Assembly (NCBI GenBank): GCA_024638325.1
Contig: JAHEKM010000001.1
Coordinates: forward strand, 18,279-82,278
DNA length: 64,000 nucleotides
Source of the DNA: Gemmatimonadota bacterium
GTDB lineage: Bacteria > Gemmatimonadota > Gemmatimonadetes > Longimicrobiales > Gaopeijiaceae
Direction of reading: 5' to 3'
In this document: positions 35,370-44,281 of the stretch, piece by piece
Numbering within the stretch: the stretch's first letter is position 1
Layout: every line of letters starts with the position of its first letter
Position numbers and translations under genes: made by a program
Notes under the pieces: model-generated
The model's input: only the letters and a program-made list of their open reading frames with translations
Database searches by the model: none
What the model was told of the DNA's origin: nothing

Positions 35370-36629
35370 CTACGAGCCCGGGTTCAGGAGCGCGTCCAGC
35401 TCCTCAGGAGATAGCTCGCTCGCCGAGCGGGAGCCCATGCCGGTGGGCGATCTGGACTTCCGTCCTCGCGCGGCCGCAGCGCGGCTCTCGGTCTGTGGTG
35501 TGCCGGTGTAGTCGAACTGGGGCAGGTGCTGTCGATCGACCGAGCGTCCGAGTCGGTGCTCGAGGCTCTTCAGGGCGCCCAGGTCCGCAGCGGTCACGAA
35601 AGTCACGGCGGTGCCTTCTGCCCCGGCGCGACCGGTGCGTCCGATGCGGTGCACGTAGTCTTCCGGGTCCAGCGGCACATCGTAGTTGACCACGTGGCTG
35701 ATGCCTTCGACGTCCAGGCCGCGCTGAGCGAGGTCGGTCGCGACCAGAACACGAACCTTGCCGGTCGCGAACCGCTCCAGCGCACGCGTCCGCTGCTTCA
35801 TGTGCTTGTCGGAGTGCATGGCGTCGGCGGGAATCCCCTCACGCTGTAGGCGGGCCTCGAGGACATCCGCCGCGGCCTTCGTGCGCGTGAAGATCAGCAC
35901 CTGATCCCAGCCCGGCTGCTGGATCAATTCCAACAACAGGTCGGGCTTCTTCTCGGGCTTCACCGAGTAGAAGAACTCCTCGATCCCCTCGGCAGTGGTG
36001 CCTGGCGGGGTCGCCTCGATCCACACGGCTTCTTTGGTGATCCGGAGTGCGAGGTCATGCACGCCATGTGGCATGGTCGCGCTGAAGAGCATCGTCTGAC
36101 GCTCCCGCGGCATGTCCCGGATGCACTGCTCGATCTGCGGGCGGAACCCCATGTCGAGCATCCGGTCCGCCTCGTCCAGCACGAGATAACCCGCGCGGCT
36201 CAGGTCGACGCGCTTCGACTGGATGTGGTCGATGAATCGACCAGGAGTGGCAACGATCACCTCGAAGCCCGACGACAGCGCGTCGATCTGCGGTCCGTAC
36301 CCTACGCCTCCGAAGATGGCCTGCACTCGAACCTTGGTGCCCTTCGCGAGCGCCTCGGTATCGTCGGCGACCTGCTGGGCGAGCTCCCTCGTCGGGCAGA
36401 GCACCAGGACCTGCAGTCCCTTCCCGGCCTCGAGCCGCTCCAGCGCGGGTATCATGAAGGCCGCCGTCTTGCCGGTCCCGGTCTGGGCGATGCCCACCAC
36501 GTCCACCCCCTCCATACCGGCCGGGATCGCTTTCGCCTGGATCGGGGTGGGGACCGTCCAGCCGATGGCCTCGATCGCGGCGAGCCGCTCGGGCGAGATG
36601 CCGAGGTCTTTGAATCCGACTTGTTCCAC
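35370..36629 (-). CDS. DEAD-box RNA helicase (RhlE-like)
   Basis: Q motif PTPIQ, AQTGTGKT, PTRELA, DEAD, SAT, QRGLD, HRIGRTGR; GTG start at 36629. Confidence 0.93.
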   Translation of the reverse strand: MEQVGFKDLGISPERLAAIEAIGWTVPTPIQAKAIPAGMEGVDVVGIAQTGTGKTAAFMIPALERLEAGKGLQVLVLCPTRELAQQVADDTEALAKGTKVRVQAIFGGVGYGPQIDALSSGFEVIVATPGRFIDHIQSKRVDLSRAGYLVLDEADRMLDMGFRPQIEQCIRDMPRERQTMLFSATMPHGVHDLALRITKEAVWIEATPPGTTAEGIEEFFYSVKPEKKPDLLLELIQQPGWDQVLIFTRTKAAADVLEARLQREGIPADAMHSDKHMKQRTRALERFATGKVRVLVATDLAQRGLDVEGISHVVNYDVPLDPEDYVHRIGRTGRAGAEGTAVTFVTAADLGALKSLEHRLGRSVDRQHLPQFDYTGTPQTESRAAAARGRKSRSPTGMGSRSASELSPEELDALLNPGS

Positions 36630-36802
36630 AGGGCCTTCTTCGGGGGGGAATCCGTTGGCGCCGATCAGGTGCGGGCACCGAGCGAACAAGGTAACGGGCT
36701 TCCTTGCCAAGCGTGTAGGTGAGCTTCAACTTGGCCGCGTCCTCGCGGGGAGCCGACCATGCGGGTCCCCGGACAAGGCCCCCAGTAAGGATCCCACCCC
36801 AC

Positions 36803-37306
36803 ATGGTCGCCGAAGCCTCCGGCTCGTCCCGCACTCGCGTGCTCTTCGTGTGTCTGGGCAACATCTGCCGTTCCCCGCTCGCCGAAGGGGTCTTCGAGCA
36901 CCTCGTCCGCGAGGCAGGACTCGCAGAGGAATTCGACATCGACTCGGCGGGCACCGGCTCGTGGCACGTGGGAGAGCCTCCCGACACGCGCGCATCGATG
37001 GTGGCACGTGAGCACGGGATCGAGCTCCAGAGCCGGGCCCGGCAGGTCACCGCGGAGGACCTGAGCGACTTCGACTACGTCGTGGCGATGGACCGCGAGA
37101 ACCTACGCAGCCTCGAGCGGATGGCGGAAACGACGGACGCGACCGCCGAAATCACTCTGCTGCGGGCCTACGACCCAGACCCGGATGGAGACGAGGTGCC
37201 TGATCCGTACTACGGAGGCGTGAGCGGCTTCGAGAACGTCTACGACATCGTTACGCGCTCCTGCGAGGGCCTCCTCACACGGCTGAGGGCGCTGGCGAGC
37301 CGTTGA
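36803..37306 (+). CDS. Low-molecular-weight protein tyrosine phosphatase
   Basis: VCLGNICRSP, DSAGT, VPDPYYG. Confidence 0.95.
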   Translation: MVAEASGSSRTRVLFVCLGNICRSPLAEGVFEHLVREAGLAEEFDIDSAGTGSWHVGEPPDTRASMVAREHGIELQSRARQVTAEDLSDFDYVVAMDRENLRSLERMAETTDATAEITLLRAYDPDPDGDEVPDPYYGGVSGFENVYDIVTRSCEGLLTRLRALASR

Positions 37307-38196
37307 CCCTCCCGGTCGCCCTCCGCGAGGGCGTCGAACGCGCCCTGGTTGAACTCGGGTTGGGCAACAGCGTGGCGAGCGTGCGCCCGGCCGGCGGAGG
37401 TTGCATCAACAACGGCGCCCGCTTGGACACCGACACCGGTGCGGCGGTCTTCTTGAAATGGAACGCGAGCGCACCCGCGGGCATGTTCGAGGCCGAGGCG
37501 GAGGGGCTCGACGCGCTCAGGGCGGCCGGGCCGCTCCGGGTGCCGGAGCCGTTGGCGTGGGGAGCCGACGGGGGCGCCTCTTGGCTCCTGATGGAGTACG
37601 TGCCGTCCGGTTCCAGCGGCGTCGGCAGCCTGGCCGCACTGGGCACGGGGCTCGCCCGGTTGCACGCCGCCCCGGCTGCCGCGTCGTTCGGCTGGTCGCG
37701 CGACAACTGGATCGGGTCGCTGGAGCAGGTGAACGCGACCGCCGAGAGTTGGTCCGAGTATTGGCGAGACCGGCGCATAGGACCGCAACTCGAGCTCGCG
37801 CGCCGTCAGGGGCGGACCATGGACCCGGTCTTCGACGCCCTTCTCGAGGTCATCCCGCTCGCGCTCGACGACGTCGACCGGCCCGAGCTGATCCACGGCG
37901 ACCTGTGGGGGGGAAACTGGTTCGCGGGAACGGAGGGCGAGCCCGTGCTCATCGATCCCGCGGTGTACCGCGGACACGGCGAGGTCGATCTCGCCATGAG
38001 CGAGCTCTTCGGCGGGTTCGGGGCAGCCTTCTACCAGGCGTACGACCGTGAGCGTGGTGTATCCGCAGCCTACGACGCTTTTCGGCGCGAGCTCTACCAG
38101 CTCTACTACCTACTCGTGCACGTCAACCTGTTCGGCGGAGCCTACGAGGCCGGCTCGCAGCGGGCGGCCGAGAAGGTCCTCGCCCAACTACGCTGA
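37303..38196 (+). CDS. Fructosamine/ribulosamine 3-kinase family protein
   Basis: GGCIN, FLKWN, FEAEAEGL, HGDLWGGN, IDPA.Y.GH.E.DLAM..LFGGF, LYYLLVHVNLFG; TTGA overlap with the PTP gene. Confidence 0.93.
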   Translation: MTLPVALREGVERALVELGLGNSVASVRPAGGGCINNGARLDTDTGAAVFLKWNASAPAGMFEAEAEGLDALRAAGPLRVPEPLAWGADGGASWLLMEYVPSGSSGVGSLAALGTGLARLHAAPAAASFGWSRDNWIGSLEQVNATAESWSEYWRDRRIGPQLELARRQGRTMDPVFDALLEVIPLALDDVDRPELIHGDLWGGNWFAGTEGEPVLIDPAVYRGHGEVDLAMSELFGGFGAAFYQAYDRERGVSAAYDAFRRELYQLYYLLVHVNLFGGAYEAGSQRAAEKVLAQLR

Positions 38197-38203
38197 CCGC
38201 CTC

Positions 38204-39406
38204 CTACGACGTGAAGCCCGCCGCCACCCCGGCCGCGATCCGCGCGAGCGCATCCTCCAGCACCTCGTCCGCAGACGCGTAACTCATACGCACCCAACGG
38301 TCGTCGCCGAACGCCGAGCCCGGCACCAGCGCCACCCCCTGCTCCTCGATCAACTTCTGGCACCAGGTGGTCGCGTCCTTCACCTGGTCGTCGAAGAAGC
38401 TGTCCACACGGAAGTAGAGATAGAACGCGCCGAGTGGATCCACGAAGTCGACGCCTGGCAGAAGCTCGGTCACGCGAGTCTTCACCAGGTCGCGCCGGCG
38501 CCTGAAGGCGCCATTCATCTCGGCAACGGCCGCGGCGGCCGCGTCGACGTCCGCGTATGCGGCGAGGGCCGCGGCCTGCGAAGGCGTCGACGGATTGGAC
38601 GTCATCTGGCTTTGGAGCGCGGAGAACTTCTTCGACAGATCGAGCGGGGCAAACGTGTAGCCGATGCGCCATCCGGTCATCGCGAAGCACTTCGACGCGC
38701 CGTCGATGAGCACGAAAGGCCCCAGGTCGGACTCGGGAAGGTCCAGCAGCCCGGGGGCGGCGGCCCCCTCCTCCCCGTAGTAGATCGCGCGGTAGATCTC
38801 GTCGCTCAGGATCCAGACGTCGTGCTTCTTGGCCCAAGCCGCGATCTCCGCGAGTTCGGACTTGGTGTAGACCGCCCCGGACGGGTTCGACGGACTGTTG
38901 AGCACCATGCCGCGGGTGCGCTCTGAGCGAGCGGCCTCGAGCTCTGCAGGACCGACCTTGAAGTCGTTGCCGATGTCGCCCTCGACAATCACGGGTTCGG
39001 CCCGTGCCAGCCCGACGAGCGCCGGGTAGGTCGTCCAATAGGGCGACAGGATCAACACCTCGTCGCCAGGGCCGAAGAGCGCGAAGATGGCGTTGAAGAG
39101 TGCCTGCTTGGCCCCGGCCGTGACCACGACCTCCTCCCAGTTCGCGTCACGCCCCGAGCGCTGGCTCAGGTGCGCGGCGATTGCCTTACGGAGCTGCGGC
39201 GTACCGGGCGGCGGCGTGTACCGAGTCTGTCCAGCCCTGATCCCCTGTATCGCGGCTTCCTGGATGAAGGCTGGGGTGTCGAAGTCCGGCTCTCCGGCGC
39301 TCAGGTTCAGAATGTCTCGGCCTTCGCTGGCAAGGCGCTTCGCGAGCGAGCTCACGGCCATGGTCGCCGAGGGCTTGAGCGTGCTGATGTTCGCGCTGTA
39401 CTCCAT
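38204..39406 (-). CDS. PLP-dependent aminotransferase class I/II (aspartate aminotransferase-like)
   Basis: GEPDF, GAKQAL, NSPSNPSG, SDEIY, SKCFAMTGWRIG, PGSAFG. Confidence 0.93.
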   Translation of the reverse strand: MEYSANISTLKPSATMAVSSLAKRLASEGRDILNLSAGEPDFDTPAFIQEAAIQGIRAGQTRYTPPPGTPQLRKAIAAHLSQRSGRDANWEEVVVTAGAKQALFNAIFALFGPGDEVLILSPYWTTYPALVGLARAEPVIVEGDIGNDFKVGPAELEAARSERTRGMVLNSPSNPSGAVYTKSELAEIAAWAKKHDVWILSDEIYRAIYYGEEGAAAPGLLDLPESDLGPFVLIDGASKCFAMTGWRIGYTFAPLDLSKKFSALQSQMTSNPSTPSQAAALAAYADVDAAAAAVAEMNGAFRRRRDLVKTRVTELLPGVDFVDPLGAFYLYFRVDSFFDDQVKDATTWCQKLIEEQGVALVPGSAFGDDRWVRMSYASADEVLEDALARIAAGVAAGFTS

Positions 39407-39545
39407 GCGTATCTCCACTGATCAGACAGGCGCACCGGCACGGGCGGTCGGCCTGCGCGGGCGGTCGAATATGGTGCCAGTGGCGCGCGCGAGGAAGCCG
39501 AACCCGGGGTGGCAGCGAGGGGGCGCAGCCGGCACCTTCCGGCCC

Positions 39546-40127
39546 ATGCATGCGCCCCCTGTACGTCTCTACTTCGACTTCGTCGACCCGCTCTGCTTTG
39601 TAGCCGCGCTCCGGCACGAGGCCAGGAGCGACGCCCGCTACCAAGGGGACGTCGAGTGGGTCGGCTTCGAGCTCGTTGCTCCCCCGGCGCCGCTCACCGA
39701 TCAAGCCGATCCGTTCTGGGCCGGTCGACTCGAGGCAGCGACCAAGTCAGCGACAGGACTCGATGTGCGGTTGACCCCACCCGCCCTGGTGCCTTGGTCC
39801 CGAAAGGCGCACGAGCTGCATCTGTTCGCCGCGGAGCACGGACGGGCCCCTGCGGTGCGCCGAGCGATCTTCGACGCCTACTTCCGTGACGGACGGGACA
39901 TCGGCCGGGTGGACGTGCTGGTCGAGGTCGCCGCCGAGGCCGGGATGGACCGGACCGAGACGAAAGCGGTCCTCGACGTAGATCGATATCAGGAAGACGT
40001 CACGGCCGCGCGGCGGCGCGCCACGGAGCTCGGTGTGACCGAGGTGCCCAGCCACTCGCTCGCCGGGCAGGTGAGGCGGGGCTTCCCTGACCCTTCGGCA
40101 CTCGGCACCTTACTGCCCGACGAATAG
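39546..40127 (+). CDS. DsbA/FrnE-like thioredoxin-fold protein with degenerate CxxC
   Basis: YFDFVDPLC, KAHEL, IFDAYF.DG.DIG..DVL, GV.EVP. Confidence 0.75.
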   Translation: MHAPPVRLYFDFVDPLCFVAALRHEARSDARYQGDVEWVGFELVAPPAPLTDQADPFWAGRLEAATKSATGLDVRLTPPALVPWSRKAHELHLFAAEHGRAPAVRRAIFDAYFRDGRDIGRVDVLVEVAAEAGMDRTETKAVLDVDRYQEDVTAARRRATELGVTEVPSHSLAGQVRRGFPDPSALGTLLPDE

Positions 40128-40157
40128 CAGAACACTCACCCAAAGTCCCACGGTCGC

Positions 40158-40460
40158 ATGGCCGGCTATCAGAGAAAGACGGCGCTGTCTCCCAAGGAGG
40201 TGCTCGAGAAGGCGGAGCTCCTCCTGCCCGAGACGATCGGCCTCAACCGTACCGGCCAGACGGCGCACGGGGCGACGTTCGACGGCGAGGAAGGCACGGT
40301 CACGCTGTCCGCGCACCGCCACGGGCCCTACACGAGCGTGATCGCCAATACCGACCGGCTGCGCACGTCCCGGCTCGACTACGAGATTCAGCGGTTCCTG
40401 AATCGGCTCCCATACGAGCCGGGCGACGTCGGCGGTCCGGGCGCCGGCGAGCCCACCTGA
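40158..40460 (+). CDS. Hypothetical protein
   Basis: Compact GC3-rich ORF between co-oriented genes. Confidence 0.65.
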   Translation: MAGYQRKTALSPKEVLEKAELLLPETIGLNRTGQTAHGATFDGEEGTVTLSAHRHGPYTSVIANTDRLRTSRLDYEIQRFLNRLPYEPGDVGGPGAGEPT

Positions 40461-40471
40461 TCGGCACCCGC

Positions 40472-42013
40472 TTGGATTCCTTCGAGGAGCTCGGCGTCAC
40501 GCCGGAGCTGGTCGAGGCTCTGGCCGCGGAAGGAATCGAGCGGCCCACGCCCTTGCAGGAGAGCGCGATCCCCGTGATTCGCCACGGGAACAACCTCTTG
40601 CTGGCGGCCGGTCCCGGAAGCGGACTTCTCGTCTCCTGGGCGTTGGCGCTGTTGGAGCAGCTCGACCAGGAGCAGGACTCGTCCCAGGTCCTCGTCCTGA
40701 CCGCGACCCCCGAGGCCGCGGACCGCCTCGGCGAGGCCCTGGCCCGCCTGGCCGCCGCGCTCGGCGTCACCGTCGCGGCACTCGGCTCTCCCTGGAGCCT
40801 TCCCGGCCGGGCGCACCTGTTGTTGGGCACCCCACTCGACGTCCTCGCAGCGGTCGCGGCGGGCGAGGTCGCGCTCGGTCAGCTGCGCGCCGTCGTCATC
40901 GAGCAGGCCCAGGAGATCGAGAGCCTCACCGGATTGGACGACGTCGAGCGTGTCTTCGAGTACCTGCCCGGCGAAGCCCAGCGCGTTGTGACCGCACTCC
41001 CCGTCAGCGACGGTGTCTCCGACCTTGTCGACCGCCATGTGAAGCGTGCGCCGATTCTCCCGGCCGCCGACAGGGATTCCGCGCCCAAGCGCGGCTCGGT
41101 CCGATTCCGCATCACGCCAGAACCCCGAGAAGTCGCGGCGCTTTCCCTGGCCGCGGAGTTGCTGCCGGAGCACGCCCGGCATCTGCTCTACTTCTGTCGA
41201 AGCGAGGATCGCGCCGCCGACCTGGGCGACTACCTCACGCTGCACGGATACATGGCGGGGGCCCCCGGTGACACGTCGGTACCCGTATGGCTCGGCGTCG
41301 ACGCGCTGGCCGCCCGCGCCGAGGCCAAGGGCCTGGAAGGCGTGGTGGTCGTCAGCTGCGACGTTCCCCCCGATCCGGACACGCTCGATCGGCGTCACGG
41401 CTTCACTCCGGAAGGCGTCGTCATCGTCCTGCCCCGCGAGCTGGCGCACCTCAAGCATACCGGGCGCCGCACAGGGTACGAGACGGTGCCGTTCCCCCCG
41501 CCGGCAGACGGCGCTCCGAGCCCGGTGGTGCAACTGAGGGCCGAGCTCGAGGCCGCGCTCGTAAACGAAGACACGGCGCCCTACCTGACGGTGCTCGAGC
41601 CTCTCTTCGAGAAGCACGATCCGGCCGAAGTCGCGGCAGCCGCCGTGGCACTCCTGCGTCGTCGCGTGCCCGCCACGCCGGTCACCGCCCCCACGGGCCC
41701 GAGGCCGTCGGAGCCCGCCTCGGGCGACGCGCCCTCTTGGGCCAAGCTCTTCCTCAGCGTCGGCGAGCGCGCCGGGCTGCGCGCCGGCGACGTGCTCGGC
41801 GCCATCACCGGCGAAGCACAGGTCGACGGACGGGCAGTCGGCAAGATCGAGATCCATGAGAGCCACACCCTCGTCGAGGTCCATGACACCGTGGCCCGCA
41901 AGGTCATCAAGGCGCTGAACGGAACGACCATCAGGGGCCGCGCCGTGCGGGCGGACTTCGACCGACCGCGCCGCGGAGCGCCGACCGGCCGCAAGCCACG
42001 CGGAGGCCGTTGA
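40472..42013 (+). CDS. DeaD/CsdA-like helicase-fold protein with DbpA RNA-binding domain; catalytic motifs degenerate
   Basis: FEELG...PTPLQ..AIP Q motif; motif I AGPGSGLL; motif II IEQAQ; C-terminal KLFLSVG...GDVLGAITGEA...VGKIEI...TLVEV. Confidence 0.85.
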   Translation: MDSFEELGVTPELVEALAAEGIERPTPLQESAIPVIRHGNNLLLAAGPGSGLLVSWALALLEQLDQEQDSSQVLVLTATPEAADRLGEALARLAAALGVTVAALGSPWSLPGRAHLLLGTPLDVLAAVAAGEVALGQLRAVVIEQAQEIESLTGLDDVERVFEYLPGEAQRVVTALPVSDGVSDLVDRHVKRAPILPAADRDSAPKRGSVRFRITPEPREVAALSLAAELLPEHARHLLYFCRSEDRAADLGDYLTLHGYMAGAPGDTSVPVWLGVDALAARAEAKGLEGVVVVSCDVPPDPDTLDRRHGFTPEGVVIVLPRELAHLKHTGRRTGYETVPFPPPADGAPSPVVQLRAELEAALVNEDTAPYLTVLEPLFEKHDPAEVAAAAVALLRRRVPATPVTAPTGPRPSEPASGDAPSWAKLFLSVGERAGLRAGDVLGAITGEAQVDGRAVGKIEIHESHTLVEVHDTVARKVIKALNGTTIRGRAVRADFDRPRRGAPTGRKPRGGR

Positions 42014-42045
42014 CGTTCGACGTTCGCCAGCGATCCCCGGTCCCA

Positions 42046-42084
42046 AACGAACAGGGCCCGCGCCACTCTCGGTGGCACGGGCCC
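42046..42084 (-). terminator. Probable terminator hairpin between the convergent pseudo-helicase and HU genes
   Basis: AGGGCCCGTGCCAC/GTGGCGCGGGCCCT stem on the minus strand followed by GTTCGTTT. Confidence 0.55.
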
Positions 42085-42168
42085 TCGTCATTTCACGGCG
42101 CGGACGGTCGTGCGGCTCGACCGCCCCTCAGGTGACCTACTTCCGTCACCCGCGTCCGACGTGGCGAG

Positions 42169-42453
42169 CTACTGAATGGCGTCCTTCAGTCCCTTACCGG
42201 CCCGGAACGCGGGCGTCTTCGTCGCGGCGATGTGGATGGCCTGACCCGTTCGGGGGTTACGGCCCATACGCGCCTTTCGCTGCTTGGATTCGAACGTACC
42301 GAAGCCGGTGATCTGCACGCGCTGGCCGGCCTTCAACGCACCCGCGATGACACCGTTGGACGGCGCGAACAGCGCGTCGACAGCTTGCGCCGCGTCGGCC
42401 TTGGTCATTCCGGCGCTGCTGGCGAGGGCGTCCACGAGATCGGACTTGTTCAT
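42169..42453 (-). CDS. hup: DNA-binding protein HU
   Basis: MNKSDL, GFGTF, R.GRNPRTG, PAFRAGK.LK. Confidence 0.95.
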   Translation of the reverse strand: MNKSDLVDALASSAGMTKADAAQAVDALFAPSNGVIAGALKAGQRVQITGFGTFESKQRKARMGRNPRTGQAIHIAATKTPAFRAGKGLKDAIQ

Positions 42454-42757
42454 GAGGCAGCTCCTGAGAGGCTGGATGAGGGTGAGGTCGGCCGGAGCCG
42501 CCTCGGTTGCTGGGCCTGGCTAGCGGTCTCCAGGGAGTGGCCGAACACTCGAAAAGCCGCATGAATCAAGTGCTTCCGGGCCTTGCAGGTCTCGTTGTGC
42601 CGTACGGTAAGCGCCGGCATGTTGAGCGTCAAGAGAGACGAATGGCCAAATCCCCGCTTATTTCCTGGCTTCTTGGCCGTTCGGGCGTGGTCTGGAGCCC
42701 CCGGGTTACGAGGAGGTGTGGGAGCTCAGCCTCCTAGAGCGCTAGCCGGCGCAGCCG

Positions 42758-42955
42758 TTAGACCTCGGCAGCCTCTCGACGCTTCTTGATCATCGAGTAG
42801 ATCACGAAGATCACCGCGCCAATCAGCGCGAACTTCAGAGCCGTGCCCACGAGCCCCAGCACGACCGCCAGGAGCGGTAGCAGGATCGTCGCAAAAAGCT
42901 TCCAAAGAACCACGCCCGATATCGCGGCGAAGGCCACTGGGGCGATGCTTCTCAT
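42758..42955 (-). CDS. Small membrane protein
   Basis: GGAGG RBS; hydrophobic 65 aa with basic tail. Confidence 0.7.
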   Translation of the reverse strand: MRSIAPVAFAAISGVVLWKLFATILLPLLAVVLGLVGTALKFALIGAVIFVIYSMIKKRREAAEV

Positions 42956-43081
42956 GTCATCCTCCGAGTCGTGCGTTCGACAGGCCCTACGGCCGCGTGG
43001 CGCTCCCGGTTTCGCGAACGCCCATGTTCCAGTCGGCAGCGCGCGTACCTTAAGGCTCCCCCCGGCAGGGCGGCAATCACG

Positions 43082-43285
43082 GTGAAGAGAACCGAATCAT
43101 ACACCGCGGAGGAGCGGAAAGCCCTCGCAGAGGCCGTGCGCCAAGGCCAGCCGGCGACCTGCCCGCGGTGCGCTGCCCCACTTGACGAGTGGCCCGTGCC
43201 GCCACGGGGAGACGTGTCGTATGTCCGCGACCGGGTCTGGCTCGTGTGCGGACCCTGCTCAACGAGCGCCGTGCTGGACCGGTAG
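43082..43285 (+). CDS. Small zinc-ribbon protein
   Basis: GTG start; CPRC ... CGPC. Confidence 0.6.
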   Translation: MKRTESYTAEERKALAEAVRQGQPATCPRCAAPLDEWPVPPRGDVSYVRDRVWLVCGPCSTSAVLDR

Positions 43286-43348
43286 GAGCCGCACCTCCCC
43301 ACTCTCGCTATTGTACGATCTGACCCCATTCTTTCAGGAGCACGCCGA

Positions 43349-43822
43349 ATGCCGAACCCCACCGTCACCATCGAGACGAATCACGGAACCATCGTCGCGG
43401 AGCTGTTCGAAGACCTCGCTCCCAAGACCACGGCCAACTTCGTAGAGCTGGCTGAAAAGGGGTACTACGACGGAGTGATCTTCCACCGCGTCATCGAGGA
43501 TTTCATGATCCAAGGCGGTGATCCGACCGGTACTGGACGGGGCGGCCCCGGCTATACGATCCCGGACGAGTTCGGAAAAGGGCTGGCCCACACTCAAGCG
43601 GGTCTGTTTTCCATGGCGAACGCCGGACCGAATACGGGCGGATCCCAGTTCTTCATCACTCTGGCAGCCACCCCCTGGCTCGACGGAAAGCACGCCATTT
43701 TCGGCAAGGTGACCTCTGGGCTCGACGTCGTGAAGACGATCGGCAAGTTGCCGACCGGCATGGGGGACCGCCCGGTCGAGGACGTGGTGATGGAGAAGGT
43801 GTCGGCAAACAAGAGCGACTGA
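43349..43822 (+). CDS. Cyclophilin-type peptidyl-prolyl cis-trans isomerase
   Basis: APKT..NF, FHRVI..FMIQGGDP, SMANAGPNT.GSQFFIT, WLDGKH.IFG. Confidence 0.96.
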   Translation: MPNPTVTIETNHGTIVAELFEDLAPKTTANFVELAEKGYYDGVIFHRVIEDFMIQGGDPTGTGRGGPGYTIPDEFGKGLAHTQAGLFSMANAGPNTGGSQFFITLAATPWLDGKHAIFGKVTSGLDVVKTIGKLPTGMGDRPVEDVVMEKVSANKSD

Positions 43823-43840
43823 GGCGTGGCCTAGGCGAGC

Positions 43841-44272
43841 ATGAAGCTCACGCGCGAAGACAACCCCGCATCGCTCGAGCGATACGGCCATCTGAAGCCC
43901 GCGCGGCGCTCCAGCGCCGGACGCTGCTATCAGTTGTGCCCTGGGACGGCGCGCTCCTGCGGGCGAGAGAAGGGGCACCGCGGCCCGCACGCGGCATTCG
44001 GCGCCCTCAGGCGGCTCACGGCCGTGTGGGACGGGTCGGGACCCGCAGCCGTGACCCAGGCCGTGGATGCTCGACCAGAAACACCAGCGGGGCGGTCCCG
44101 GTCCAAGAAGCCGATCGGGCTCCGGTCCGGGAGCCCTTCGAGTCCATTGAAGTGGGCACGCGACTGGATCGGTCTCGCGTTCGGGTCCGCCGAGGAGCTG
44201 GCCTGGGCGCTCTTCTTCCTCGTCTTCGTCGGCTTCGCCATCGGGGGCTTCCTCCTCATCTACCTCGGATGA
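43841..44272 (+). CDS. Hypothetical protein with Cys/His cluster and C-terminal TM
   Basis: CYQLC....C..EKGHRGPH; C-terminal hydrophobic helix. Confidence 0.55.
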   Translation: MKLTREDNPASLERYGHLKPARRSSAGRCYQLCPGTARSCGREKGHRGPHAAFGALRRLTAVWDGSGPAAVTQAVDARPETPAGRSRSKKPIGLRSGSPSSPLKWARDWIGLAFGSAEELAWALFFLVFVGFAIGGFLLIYLG

Positions 44273-44281
44273 GCGACCGCG

